Source of the DNA: Lacunisphaera sp.
GTDB lineage: Bacteria > Verrucomicrobiota > Verrucomicrobiia > Opitutales > Opitutaceae
Assembly: GCA_035496355.1 (NCBI GenBank)
Contig: DATJES010000038.1
Location: 4,337-68,336, forward strand
Reading direction: 5' to 3'
DNA: 64,000 nucleotides
The notes below the pieces were generated by a model, which was not told the origin of the DNA, did no database searches, and was given only the letters and a program-made list of their open reading frames with translations. Shown here one piece after another: positions 18,150 through 28,985 of the stretch (its first letter is position 1; the number at the start of each line of letters is the position of its first letter). The translations under genes and the position numbers were made by a program.

Positions 18150-19765
18150 GCCGGTTCCTTGCCGGACGGGGGCAGGCGCAGGCTGAGCCGCGTGCCCTGG
18201 CCGGGGGCGGACTGCAGCTGCAGGGCCGCCCGGATCTCGGCCGCGCGCTCGCCCAGGTTGATCAGGCCGCGGCCGGTGCCGGCGCGTTGCGCCGGGTCGA
18301 AGCCGCGGCCGTTGTCCGTGACCTCGAGCACGGCGCCCTCCGCCTCGTCGCGCAGCGTGACCGTGATGCGGGTCGCGGCCCCGTGGCGCATCGCGTTGCT
18401 GATGCCTTCGCGGACGATCTGGAGCAGTTGCACCTCGACCGCGGGCGTCAGGCGGGCGGCCGCGGCGTCGGCGATCCGCACGTCGATCTCGACGGGCGCA
18501 AGGGCGTGCATGGTGCGCGCCAGCGCGCGGACCGCGGCGCCGAAGGTCTGGTAGTCCTGGTTGGGAAACGGCTCGATGTCGTTGATGTAATTCCGGACCA
18601 GGCGAATGGTTTCATTGAGGCTGACGATGCAGTCGGAGATCCGGCCTTCGGCCCCGAACGGATTCTTGCTCATCTGGGTGCGGGCGGCCTCGAGCCCCAG
18701 GCCGGAGGCGTACAGCGCCTGGATGACACTGTCGTGCAGGTCGCGCGCCAGCCGGGCGCGCAGCGACATGGAATGGCGCACCTGTTCCTCGCTGGCCCGC
18801 AGGGCATCCTCGGCGTGCTTGCGCTCGCTGACCTCGTGCTCGAGCGCGCGGCGGGCGGCGAACGAGGATTCGACCAGGCGGGCGACGTGCTGGAACTCGT
18901 CCCGGCGCTCCAGCAGGGGCGCGATCGGCGCGGGATCTTGCCGAGCGAGGCTGTCGCCCACGGCGCGCAGCGGTTGGAGGACCCAGCTCCGGACGCTCAA
19001 GCCCAGGGCCAGCACGAGGAGGGCGCCGAAACCGATGAAGAGGCGGATGACATAGCCGTCCCATTCGATGCTGCTGGTCAGTTCGGCCGGGAGGTCCTGT
19101 TCCATGGCCAGAAGCCGCAGCGGCCGGCCCTTCCAGTCGTTGAGCGGGCGCGAGAAGCGCACGGTCCGTCCGGAAACGGCGGGCGGCGCGGCATCCACCG
19201 GCAGCAGCGTGACGCGACTGTCGCTGATCTGGCCCAGGTGCGCGACCTGCGCCTCGTCCCAGGCGCGACCGGCGAGGAGCCAGCCGCCCCGATCACCTCC
19301 GACGCGCGCGGCGACCACCTGCCACGGGCCGCGCGGGCTGTCGGCGAAGAAGGCGCGCGCTTCGGCGGAAGCCGCGAAATCCGCCACGGGAGGCAGGTCG
19401 GGAAGCGGCACCGCCGGGTTGCGTACCGCCACATGGGCCGGCCGGCCGTCGGCTTGCAGCAGCCACGCGGCGTCGAGCCCGTAGGCCGGCAGGCTCTCGT
19501 CCAGGTGAGCCTTGGCCCACGCCGGATCAGGCTTCTCCAGAAACGCGGCCGTCTCGCTCCAATCGGCAAAGTCAGAGGTGAACTGCCGCAGCGATACCCC
19601 GGTAAGATCGGCCCAATGGGCCAGCTGCATGCGGCTGTCGTCGCGCACGCCCTCGACCATCCGGGCGATATGATCCTGTTCGGCCCGGCGGAGCTGGTAC
19701 AACGCCCCGGCAAAGGCGACGAGCAGCAGACCCAAAACCAGCAGGAGGCGTAGTCTGATGCTCAT
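18146..19765 (-). CDS. sensor histidine kinase (HK2): CHASE4-like domain, HisKA_3 and HATPase; no cognate regulator adjacent
   Basis: Start trimmed to ATG 19765 (MSIRLRLLLVLGLLLVAF). DFADWSETAAFL ... GLDAAWLLQADGRPAH is CHASE4-like. LARDLHDSVIQALYASGLGLE is the H-box. Colinear with HK1. Confidence 0.85.
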   Translation of the reverse strand: MSIRLRLLLVLGLLLVAFAGALYQLRRAEQDHIARMVEGVRDDSRMQLAHWADLTGVSLRQFTSDFADWSETAAFLEKPDPAWAKAHLDESLPAYGLDAAWLLQADGRPAHVAVRNPAVPLPDLPPVADFAASAEARAFFADSPRGPWQVVAARVGGDRGGWLLAGRAWDEAQVAHLGQISDSRVTLLPVDAAPPAVSGRTVRFSRPLNDWKGRPLRLLAMEQDLPAELTSSIEWDGYVIRLFIGFGALLVLALGLSVRSWVLQPLRAVGDSLARQDPAPIAPLLERRDEFQHVARLVESSFAARRALEHEVSERKHAEDALRASEEQVRHSMSLRARLARDLHDSVIQALYASGLGLEAARTQMSKNPFGAEGRISDCIVSLNETIRLVRNYINDIEPFPNQDYQTFGAAVRALARTMHALAPVEIDVRIADAAAARLTPAVEVQLLQIVREGISNAMRHGAATRITVTLRDEAEGAVLEVTDNGRGFDPAQRAGTGRGLINLGERAAEIRAALQLQSAPGQGTRLSLRLPPSGKEPA

Positions 19766-20034
19766 GAGGTGTTTTACAGTGGCGAGGGGGAAGAATGTTT
19801 CTAGCGAGCTTCCCCAATTGGTGCTGGTGCCGGGTCGCATAGGCCCGGGAACCGACCTCAAGAGCAAGTCTTGACGCAATTGTTTAGCGCCTAGGCGGAG
19901 CAATATCCACGAGTTTTACCCTCTAGGGCCATTGGTACCGGCCATTAGCCTCCACGATCGACGTCGTGCGAACGGCCGGCGGCGGTTCGGTCATGGCCGC
20001 GTTGGCCAAGACCAAGGCGATAACCACGCCAAGG

Positions 20035-20490
20035 TCAGCGGGAAATATCGCGCTGGGTGAGGACTTTGAACCCGCGTGAATTCAGCGCCGTGCTCGCGAG
20101 ATCGTTATCCTCGACGCTGAGCACGAGGGCCGACTTTCCTTCGGGGCGCAGCAGGAACGAATACAGGTAATGGATGTTGATCTCGACGGTCAGCAGCGCG
20201 CTCAGCGCCCCCTTGAGCTGCGACTCCTTGGATAGCTCGACGACCACGACATCGCACTCGGTGAAGGAAAAATTGGAGGCGGCCATGAGTTCGCGCGCTC
20301 GCTCGGGGTCATCCACGATGAGGCGGTCGATGGCGCAGTCCGTCGTATCGAGCGTGGTCATCGCCATGATGTGCACGTTGTGCTTCGACAGCAGCGCGAT
20401 CAGGTCCAGCAGCTGGCCGACGCGGTTGGCCAGGAACACCGAGAATTGCTTCACAGGATCGGCGGAAAGCGGGACGGCGGTATCGGACAT
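20035..20490 (-). CDS. ACT-domain-containing protein
   Basis: 151 aa in two ACT-like halves (FSVFLANRVGQLLDLIALLSKHNVHIMAM ... VVVELSKESQLKGALSALLTVEINIHYLY). Confidence 0.5.
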   Translation of the reverse strand: MSDTAVPLSADPVKQFSVFLANRVGQLLDLIALLSKHNVHIMAMTTLDTTDCAIDRLIVDDPERARELMAASNFSFTECDVVVVELSKESQLKGALSALLTVEINIHYLYSFLLRPEGKSALVLSVEDNDLASTALNSRGFKVLTQRDISR

Positions 20491-20537
20491 GGCGGAGACG
20501 CAAGGTAGGCCGGGGGTCGCACGCGGTCAATGCCAGC

Positions 20538-21482
20538 TTGTGCGGGCTTGAGCCGGGCCCGGGGCCGGCTAGCGTCGGCGCCGTGTCCCCGCCCGATCCC
20601 CACCTGCAGGTAACCCAGCGCGCCCACGAGAGCGCGCGGCTCGTGCTGCGCGGGCTCGCGCTGAACATGGTGCTCGCCGCGGTGAAATTCGCCGGCGGCG
20701 TGTTCGGCCATACCTACGCCCTCATCGCCGACGCGGCGGAATCGATGCTGGACGTGCTGAGCTCGCTGCTGGTGTGGGCGGGATTCCGCGTGGCGGCCCA
20801 TCCCCCGGACGCGGACCATCCCTACGGGCACGGCAAGGCCGAGCCGCTGTCGGGCCTGGTGGTGGCCGGCATGATCTTCCTGATGGCCGGCTGGGTGGCG
20901 ACGCACGCCCTGCACGAGATCGTTTCCCCGCACCAGGCCCCGGCGTGGTGGACGCTGATCGTGCTGGCCGGCGTGATTGTCACGAAGACCTGGTTCTCGC
21001 GCCGGCTGGGCATAGCGGGCAAGCAGGCGGGCAGCACGGCGCTCGGCATCGAGGCGTTGCACCACTGGTCGGACGCGATGACCTCGGGCGCGGCCTTCAT
21101 CGGCATCTCGATCGCCCTGTGGGCGGGCCCCGGCTGGGAAACGGCCGACGACTGGGCGGCGCTCTTCGCCTGCGTGATCATCGCGTTCAACGGCCTGGGC
21201 ATGTTCACGCAGGCGCTCGGAGACGTGATGGACACGGCGGCGCCAAAGAACTTCGAGCAGGAGATCCGCTCGCTCGCGCTGGCGGTGCCCGGCGTGCAGG
21301 CGCTCGACAAGGTGCGCGCGCGGAAGAGCGGGCTGAGCCATCTCGTGGACATCCAGGTGCGGGTGGACAGCGATCTCACGGTGCGCGCGGGGCATGAGAT
21401 CGCGCACGCGGTCAAGGATGCGCTGATCGGCTCGCCCCTCGCGATCAGCGACGTGACGGTGCACATCGAACCGATGAAATGA
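20538..21482 (+). CDS. cation diffusion facilitator family transporter
   Basis: TM2 and TM5 metal-site motifs ADAAESMLDVLSS and HHWSDAMTS, and a C-terminal cytoplasmic domain ending in VTVHIEP. The start is uncertain: the track start is TTG and internal GTG codons are possible. Confidence 0.8.
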   Translation: MCGLEPGPGPASVGAVSPPDPHLQVTQRAHESARLVLRGLALNMVLAAVKFAGGVFGHTYALIADAAESMLDVLSSLLVWAGFRVAAHPPDADHPYGHGKAEPLSGLVVAGMIFLMAGWVATHALHEIVSPHQAPAWWTLIVLAGVIVTKTWFSRRLGIAGKQAGSTALGIEALHHWSDAMTSGAAFIGISIALWAGPGWETADDWAALFACVIIAFNGLGMFTQALGDVMDTAAPKNFEQEIRSLALAVPGVQALDKVRARKSGLSHLVDIQVRVDSDLTVRAGHEIAHAVKDALIGSPLAISDVTVHIEPMK

Positions 21483-21532
21483 ACGCCGCCGCCACCGGCC
21501 CGGGCGGACGGGGCGGTCGCGTGCCGGGCGGG

Positions 21533-21703
21533 CTACTTGAGTTTTTGCGCCACCTTCCAGCCGGCGTAGACGCCGACAATGCTGCCGACGCCGCTGATGA
21601 AGAAGTTGCCCAGGGACCACATGTCCATGCCCAGCGCGCCGGCGAGCACACTGCCAAGGATTCCGCCGAGCGTCGTACCGACGAAGATGCAAAGTTTCAT
21701 CAT
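21533..21703 (-). CDS. small glycine-zipper membrane protein (56 aa, below the ORF-track cutoff)
   Basis: Hand translation of the minus strand gives MMKLCIFVGTTLGGILGSVLAGALGMDMWSLGNFFISGVGSIVGVYAGWKVAQKLK*. It has two hydrophobic GxxxG-rich helices and sits in an otherwise empty gap. Confidence 0.5.
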   Translation of the reverse strand: MMKLCIFVGTTLGGILGSVLAGALGMDMWSLGNFFISGVGSIVGVYAGWKVAQKLK

Positions 21704-21837
21704 GGCGGTTCCGGAAAATGGGAGATTTTACGTTCATGGCGAGGGTCAACTGATAACGACGGTGAGGCCGTTTAATTCACCATGAGGCCCCAGCCTTTCC
21801 CGTTTACTCCCCCGGCGCCTTGGCTTTCGCTGCCGCC

Positions 21838-23658
21838 ATGAAGATCCACGCCAAACCCCTGAGCAAGAACCCGCACCTGATCCGGTGGGTCAACAAGATG
21901 GCGGCCTTGTGCCAGCCGGACCGGATCCATTGGGTGGACGGCTCCAAGGCCGAATACGACGCCTTGTGCGGGCTGATGGTGCGGAACGGCACGTTCATCA
22001 AGCTGAACCAGCGCAAGTGGCCCGGGTGCTACCTGGCCCGGTCGGATGCGAGCGACGTGGCGCGCGTCGAGGACCGCACGTTCATCTGCAGCCAGTCGAA
22101 GGAGGCCGCCGGCCCGACGAACAACTGGGTCGACCCCTACGAGATGAAGAAGACCCTGCGCGGCCTCTTCAGCGGCTGCATGCGCGGCCGCACGATGTAC
22201 GTGCTGGCCTTCAGCATGGGCCCGATCGGCTCGCCCATGTCGCAGATCGGCGTGGAGCTGACCGACTCGCCGTACGTCGTCGTGAACATGCGCATCATGG
22301 CGCGGATCGGTCTCAAGGTCTTCCAGCTCATCGACCGGAACTTCAAGCGCGTCGTGCCCTGCGTGCACTCGGTCGGCGCGCCGCTGAAGAAGGGCCAGGC
22401 CGACGTGCCGTGGCCGTGTAACAAGGAGAAGTACATCGTCCACTTCCCCGAGACGCGCGAGATCTGGTCCTTTGGCTCGGGATACGGCGGCAACGCCCTG
22501 CTTGGGAAGAAGTGCTTCGCGCTGCGCATCGCCAGCGCGATGGCGCGCGACGAGGGCTGGATGGCCGAGCACATGCTCATTGTCGGCGTCGAAAACCCGC
22601 AGGGGCAGAAGGCCTACGTCGCGGCGGCCTTTCCCAGCGCCTGCGGCAAGACGAATTTCGCGATGCTGATTCCGCCGCCGGCGTTCGCCAAGAAGGGCTG
22701 GAAAGTGTGGACCGTCGGCGATGACATCGCGTGGATCAAGCCCGACGCCACGGGGCGGCTGCGCGCCATCAATCCCGAGGCGGGCTTCTTCGGCGTGGCG
22801 CCCGGCACCAGCCAGGTCACCAACCCGAACGCAATGCAGACGCTGGCCCGCAACGCCATCTTCACCAACGTGGCGCTGACCGACGACGGCGGCGTCTGGT
22901 GGGAAGGGATGACGGATGAGCCGCCGGCGCACGCGCTCGACTGGCAGGGCCGCGATTGGACGCCGGCGCTCGCCCGGGAGAAAGGAGCGAAGGCCGCGCA
23001 TCCGAATTCGCGCTTCACCGCCCCGGCGGCGCAATGCCCGACGATCGACCCGGATTGGGAGAAGCCCGAGGGCGTGCCGATCAGCGCCATCGTGTTCGGC
23101 GGACGCCGGGCGAGCACGATGCCGCTCATCTACCAGGCCTTCAACTGGTCGAGCGGGGTCTATGTCGGCGCGACCATGGGTTCGGAGATGACGGCCGCCG
23201 CCGCCGGCACGCTCGGCAAGGTGCGCCGCGACCCGATGGCCATGCTGCCGTTCTGCGGCTACCACATGGGCGACTATTTCCGGCACTGGATCAACATGCA
23301 GCGCAACCTCAGCGAGACGCCGCGGATCTTCCACGTGAACTGGTTCCGCAAGGATCGCGACGGGAAATTCATCTGGCCCGGCTTCTCCGAGAACATGCGC
23401 GTGCTCAAATGGATCTTCGACCGGGTGCGCGCCGGCGGCCGGGCGAAGGAGACGCCCATCGGATGGATGCCCCGTTACAAGGACATCGAGTGGGAAGGGC
23501 TCGAGTTTTCCGAGGCGCAATTCGACGAGCTGCAGCGCTTCGACCGCGCGGCCTGGCGGACGGAAGTGCTCGGGCACGAGGAGCTCTTCATCGACCTGCA
23601 TTCCCGGATGCCCAAGGAGCTGATGTTCGAACGCGAGCTCCTGATCTGCCGGATGTGA
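21838..23658 (+). CDS. pckG: phosphoenolpyruvate carboxykinase (GTP)
   Basis: Full-length colinear match to GTP-PEPCK hallmarks: [49 protein letters not shown]. Start trimmed to ATG 21838. Confidence 0.95.
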   Translation: MKIHAKPLSKNPHLIRWVNKMAALCQPDRIHWVDGSKAEYDALCGLMVRNGTFIKLNQRKWPGCYLARSDASDVARVEDRTFICSQSKEAAGPTNNWVDPYEMKKTLRGLFSGCMRGRTMYVLAFSMGPIGSPMSQIGVELTDSPYVVVNMRIMARIGLKVFQLIDRNFKRVVPCVHSVGAPLKKGQADVPWPCNKEKYIVHFPETREIWSFGSGYGGNALLGKKCFALRIASAMARDEGWMAEHMLIVGVENPQGQKAYVAAAFPSACGKTNFAMLIPPPAFAKKGWKVWTVGDDIAWIKPDATGRLRAINPEAGFFGVAPGTSQVTNPNAMQTLARNAIFTNVALTDDGGVWWEGMTDEPPAHALDWQGRDWTPALAREKGAKAAHPNSRFTAPAAQCPTIDPDWEKPEGVPISAIVFGGRRASTMPLIYQAFNWSSGVYVGATMGSEMTAAAAGTLGKVRRDPMAMLPFCGYHMGDYFRHWINMQRNLSETPRIFHVNWFRKDRDGKFIWPGFSENMRVLKWIFDRVRAGGRAKETPIGWMPRYKDIEWEGLEFSEAQFDELQRFDRAAWRTEVLGHEELFIDLHSRMPKELMFERELLICRM

Positions 23659-23776
23659 CATTCACGGCGGCAGCGGTGGCGGCGCGTTCGCCCCGGCCGG
23701 CCGCCCGGAAGTTGATCGTCGAAGCCCGCCCCGGCGGAATGGCCGGAACCGGCGGCGCGCACGGGGTCTAAACTCC

Positions 23777-24607
23777 ATGCGTCCCTGGTTCCTGGGCCTG
23801 GTTTTGCCGGTGCTGGCGGCCGGCCTGCGCGCCGGGGAAGAGCCGCGGGCCGCGACCGCCGCCGAGATCGCGTTGTTCAAGGATGCGATCAAGAACACCG
23901 AGCAGGACCCGAACCATTGGGCTTACACGGAGACCACGGTGAAGAGGATCGGCCTGCACGGCAAACCGAAGGGCGAGACGATCGTGCGCTTCGACCCCTC
24001 GAAACCATGGCCCGAGCAATACACGCCGCTGCAGATCGAGGGTCGGCCGCCGACGGAAATGCAGCGGCAGAAATATCGCGAACGCGGCGAACAGCGCGGC
24101 CGCGCCTTCGCGCGCCGGCAGGAGGAAGCGGCCGCCGCGGCCGATCCGACCGCGCCCGCGCGGCCCACGCGGCCGGCAAAAAAGGAGCGAAGCGTGACCG
24201 CCGACCTGGAGCATCCGCGTGTCGTCAGCGACGATGGCGAGACGATGGTTTTTGACGTTCCGCTGATCGAACACGGCACGGGTGTCCCGGTGGAAAAGAT
24301 CGAGGTCCGCGCGGTCGTCGCCAAAGGGCCGCGGCAGGTTCGGCACGCGAGTCTGCGCGTGAAGGATTCCTTCCGGCTGAAGATGGTGGCCAAGGTCAAG
24401 GCCGGCGAGGCCAGCGTCGACTTCGCGGTGGTCGACCCGAATTTCGGCCCGGTCATGACGGCGGCCGTTGGCAGTTTCGGCGCATCGTTGATGTTCGTGC
24501 CTGTGCACGGCGTGTTCAGCACAACGCGGACGGATTGGCGGCGCGTGAAGTCGTACGACGAAAGGCTGCAGGTGAAGCTGGCGCCGCTGCAGCTGCTCGG
24601 GTTCTAA
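23777..24607 (+). CDS. secreted hypothetical protein
   Basis: 276 aa. Signal peptide MRPWFLGLVLPVLAAGLRAGE. A charged, low-complexity middle section. No recognised motif. Confidence 0.6.
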   Translation: MRPWFLGLVLPVLAAGLRAGEEPRAATAAEIALFKDAIKNTEQDPNHWAYTETTVKRIGLHGKPKGETIVRFDPSKPWPEQYTPLQIEGRPPTEMQRQKYRERGEQRGRAFARRQEEAAAAADPTAPARPTRPAKKERSVTADLEHPRVVSDDGETMVFDVPLIEHGTGVPVEKIEVRAVVAKGPRQVRHASLRVKDSFRLKMVAKVKAGEASVDFAVVDPNFGPVMTAAVGSFGASLMFVPVHGVFSTTRTDWRRVKSYDERLQVKLAPLQLLGF

Positions 24608-24676
24608 GAATTAGGCAAGGTTGGCGGGGCGGCGAATGGCTGGCCGCGGAACCACAAAAAACTTCCAGCCCACCGC

Positions 24677-25222
24677 CTAGTGGATCGCGGGCGCGCCCCG
24701 CGCCGGCCAGACCGCGACAACGTACAGGGCGATCATCACGAGCGCGCAGGCGACGCGGACGACGGTGCCGAAGAGAAAACCGAGGGCGGCGCCGGCGCCG
24801 GACTTCCACGCCGCCCGGTCCGAGCGCTTGGCGCCGAGCTTCTCGGCCGCCACCGCGCCCAGCAGCGTGCCGAGGATCAACGCCGGCAGGGAAAAGAACA
24901 TCCCGGCCAGGGCGCCGCCGGAGGCCCCGGCCAGGCCCCACTTGCTGCCGCCGAAGAGCCGCGCACCGATCAGGGTGCACGCGAAGTCCGCGAGGAGCGA
25001 CAGGAGCCACACGGCGGCGACCCAGCCGACCGCGGCCCACGACAGGGTGTCCGCCAGGAGCCATTTCTGGAGCAGGACCCCGATCATGATCAGCGTCGTC
25101 CCGGGCAAGAGGGGCACGGCGGAACCGATGAGGCCGGCGAGCAGCAACAAACCCACGAGAACCCAGTAGACGATGGTCACGTTCCCAAGGACATGCCCTG
25201 GCGGGTGGAGTTGCAAATCCAA
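24677..25222 (-). CDS. DUF456-family membrane protein
   Basis: 181 aa with four hydrophobic segments. GLIGSAVPLLPGTTLIMIG and the Gly-rich helices resemble DUF456. Confidence 0.55.
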   Translation of the reverse strand: MDLQLHPPGHVLGNVTIVYWVLVGLLLLAGLIGSAVPLLPGTTLIMIGVLLQKWLLADTLSWAAVGWVAAVWLLSLLADFACTLIGARLFGGSKWGLAGASGGALAGMFFSLPALILGTLLGAVAAEKLGAKRSDRAAWKSGAGAALGFLFGTVVRVACALVMIALYVVAVWPARGAPAIH

Positions 25223-25361
25223 CCCGGCGGCCGACGGCGGGCCGGCCGCGCCCCTCTGAAACGCAGGCCAACTTCACTCTTGCCCGCTCTGGGGCGGCAC
25301 CCATTTTCGGCGCGACGCTTTCCCGCAGTCCACCCCCACGCAGCCTCCAACCCCGAAACAA

Positions 25362-25973
25362 ATGAGTGCGACGAATGCTACCCAAATCATCGACAATACG
25401 GCGAACCCCGCGCCTCTCGGCCTCCTGGCCTTCGGCATGACCACGGTCTTGTTGAACTGTCACAACGCCGGATTTTTCGCGCTGAACGCCATGATCCTCT
25501 CCATGGGAATCTTCTTCGGCGGCTTGGCGCAAGTGGTGGCGGGGATCGAGGAATGGAAGAAGAACAACACGTTTGGCGCCACCGCGTTCACGTCCTATGG
25601 ATTCTTCTGGCTGACGTTTGTCGGCCTGGTGCTGCTGCCCAAATTGCCCGGCGGGGCCGCGGCGACGGACTCGACCGCCTTGGCCGCCTACCTCGCGATC
25701 TGGGGTGTGTTTACGCTCGGCCTGTTCTTTGGCACGCTGAGACTCAACCGGGCCCTGCAGTTCATCTTTGCCTCCCTGACGCTCCTGTTCTTCCTGCTCG
25801 CGATCCATGTGCAAACCGGCAGCGAGGCTCTGGGCAAATTCGCGGGTTACGAGGGCATCGTCTGCGGCGCGTCCGCCATGTATGCGGGTTTCGCCCTCGT
25901 GTTGAATGAGGTGTATGGCCGGGTGGTCCTACCGCTCGGGATCGTGGCCAAGCCGGCCCTGACGCAGGCTTGA
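25362..25973 (+). CDS. satP: acetate/succinate transporter, GPR1/FUN34/YaaH (SatP) family
   Basis: N-terminal [18 protein letters not shown] signature, six TM segments, 203 aa. Confidence 0.85.
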   Translation: MSATNATQIIDNTANPAPLGLLAFGMTTVLLNCHNAGFFALNAMILSMGIFFGGLAQVVAGIEEWKKNNTFGATAFTSYGFFWLTFVGLVLLPKLPGGAAATDSTALAAYLAIWGVFTLGLFFGTLRLNRALQFIFASLTLLFFLLAIHVQTGSEALGKFAGYEGIVCGASAMYAGFALVLNEVYGRVVLPLGIVAKPALTQA

Positions 25974-26038
25974 TTCGACGCCGCCTCGGTCCCGATGCCA
26001 ATGTTCCGGTCCGGCCGGACCCGAGGCAGCGGCGGACG

Positions 26039-27322
<1,284 letters not shown>

Positions 27323-27344
27323 GGGAATTTCACTCCACGCCATC

Positions 27345-28982
27345 ATGAAAACCCACCGTCTCATCCGCGGGCTGTTCATCAGCCTGATCCTGCTGCCGCT
27401 CGTCGCGCGCAGCGAGCCGGAGCCGTTCTATGCCGGGCTCGGCACGCATACCCGTCACGTCACGACCGCCTCACCCGAGGCGCAGAAGTACTTCGACCAG
27501 GGCCTGCGCTTTTATTACGGCTTCAACCACGGCGCGGCGATCCGGTCCTTCGCGGAGGCCGCGCGGCTTGACCCGACATGCGCCATGGCCCACTGGGGCA
27601 TCGCGCTGGCGAATGGGCCGCACATCAATTTCCCCGCCGTGCCGCCGCCCGCCGCCGAGGCGGCGTGGAAGGAGCTCGGCCTGGCGCAGCAGCACGCGGC
27701 CGGCGCGACGGCGGTCGAGCGCGACCTCATCGCCGCGCTGGCGACGCGCTACGCCAACCCGCAGCCGGACGACCGCAACGCGCTCGACCGTGCCTACGCG
27801 GACGCCATGCGCAGGGTCTGGCGGGCGCATCCGGACGATGCGGATGTCGGCGCACTGTTCGCCGAAGCGATGATGGACCTGCGGCCGTGGGACCAGTGGA
27901 CGCCCTCGGGACAGCCCGAGCCCGGCACCGACGAGATCCTCGCCACGCTCGACGCGGTGCTGAAGCTCGATCTCCACCATCCATTCGCCAATCACCTTTA
28001 CATACACGCCATCGAGGCTTCGCCCCATCCCGAGCGGGCCGTACCCGCGGCGGATCGCATGGTCAACCTGCAGCCGGGCCTGGCGCACAACGTCCACATG
28101 CCGTCGCACATCTACATCCGCGTCGGCCGCTGGCAGGATGCGATCGAAGCCAACGTGCGTGCGGTCGACGCCGACCGGCGCTACCGCGCGGTGGCCGGGC
28201 CGCCGCAGGGCTTCATCGTCGTCTACATCGCACACAACCGGCACATGCTGGCCTACGCCGCCATGATGACCGGCCAGCGGAAGCTGGCGCTCGAGCACAT
28301 CGGCGCGATGGTGGCGGAGCTGCCGGAGGAGGCGCTGAAGGATTTCGGCCTGGAGGCGTTCGCCGCGATGCCGTACGAGGTGATGACGCGTTTCGGGCAA
28401 TGGGACGAGATCCTCGCCGCGCCGGATCATCCCGACTGGATGCCGTTCACGCGCACCATGCGCCATGCCGCGCGCGCCATCGCGCTCGCCGCGAAGGGCG
28501 ATCCGAAAGCGGCGCGGGCGGAGCAGGCGTTGTTCAAGGCCGAGGCGGAACGCGTCCCGGCCGACGAAATCGCCGGCAACAACACCAGCCGCCAGGTGCT
28601 GACGGTCATCACGCCGATGGTTGAGAGCGAGATTCTCTACCGCGAGGGCAAGGTCGACGCAGGCGTCGCGACCTTGCGCGCGGCCGTGCAAGCCGAGGAC
28701 GCGCTGCGCTACGACGAGCCGCCCGGCTGGCTGCTGCCGGTACGGCATTCGCTCGGCGCCGTGCTAATGCAGGAGCGCCGGTACGCCGAAGCCGAGCAGG
28801 TGTATCGTGACGATCTTGCCCGGCTGCCGAACAACGGCTGGTCGCTCTTTGGCCTGGCGGAAGCGCTGCGCTACCAGCGCAAGCACGCCGAAGCCGAACC
28901 GATCGAGAGGCAATTCAAGGCCGTCTGGGCCAAGTCCGAGGTAGAACTCCACAGCTCCTGCCTCTGCCAGCCGGGAATTTGA
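27345..28982 (+). CDS. secreted TPR-like repeat protein
   Basis: Start trimmed to ATG 27345 (MKTHRLIRGLFISLILLPLVARS). Helical repeats with TPR-like AxxYFDQGLxxYYGFNH and AEAEQVYRDDLARLPNNGWSLFGLAEAL. Confidence 0.65.
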   Translation: MKTHRLIRGLFISLILLPLVARSEPEPFYAGLGTHTRHVTTASPEAQKYFDQGLRFYYGFNHGAAIRSFAEAARLDPTCAMAHWGIALANGPHINFPAVPPPAAEAAWKELGLAQQHAAGATAVERDLIAALATRYANPQPDDRNALDRAYADAMRRVWRAHPDDADVGALFAEAMMDLRPWDQWTPSGQPEPGTDEILATLDAVLKLDLHHPFANHLYIHAIEASPHPERAVPAADRMVNLQPGLAHNVHMPSHIYIRVGRWQDAIEANVRAVDADRRYRAVAGPPQGFIVVYIAHNRHMLAYAAMMTGQRKLALEHIGAMVAELPEEALKDFGLEAFAAMPYEVMTRFGQWDEILAAPDHPDWMPFTRTMRHAARAIALAAKGDPKAARAEQALFKAEAERVPADEIAGNNTSRQVLTVITPMVESEILYREGKVDAGVATLRAAVQAEDALRYDEPPGWLLPVRHSLGAVLMQERRYAEAEQVYRDDLARLPNNGWSLFGLAEALRYQRKHAEAEPIERQFKAVWAKSEVELHSSCLCQPGI

Positions 28983-28985
28983 GCA

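Noticed and set aside
10731-19765. Reading the pseudopilin cassettes as part of a complete T2SS or type IV pilus gene cluster
   Set aside because: No ATPase with a Walker A motif, polytopic platform protein, secretin, prepilin peptidase or major pilin is encoded in or next to the array. Only minor-pilin-like genes and two-component genes are present.
21772-23661. Long antisense ORFs opposite pckG, and likewise 42925..44631 and 50461..52080 opposite the TBDRs, 59576..61735 opposite the GH20-like gene, and 12907..14016, 14182..15141, 15723..17177 and 18287..19753 opposite the cassette genes
   Set aside because: All are Arg/Gly/Asp/His-rich and lack signal peptides or motifs. Each overlaps a strand with strong, family-level evidence. 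These are typical high-GC shadow ORFs.
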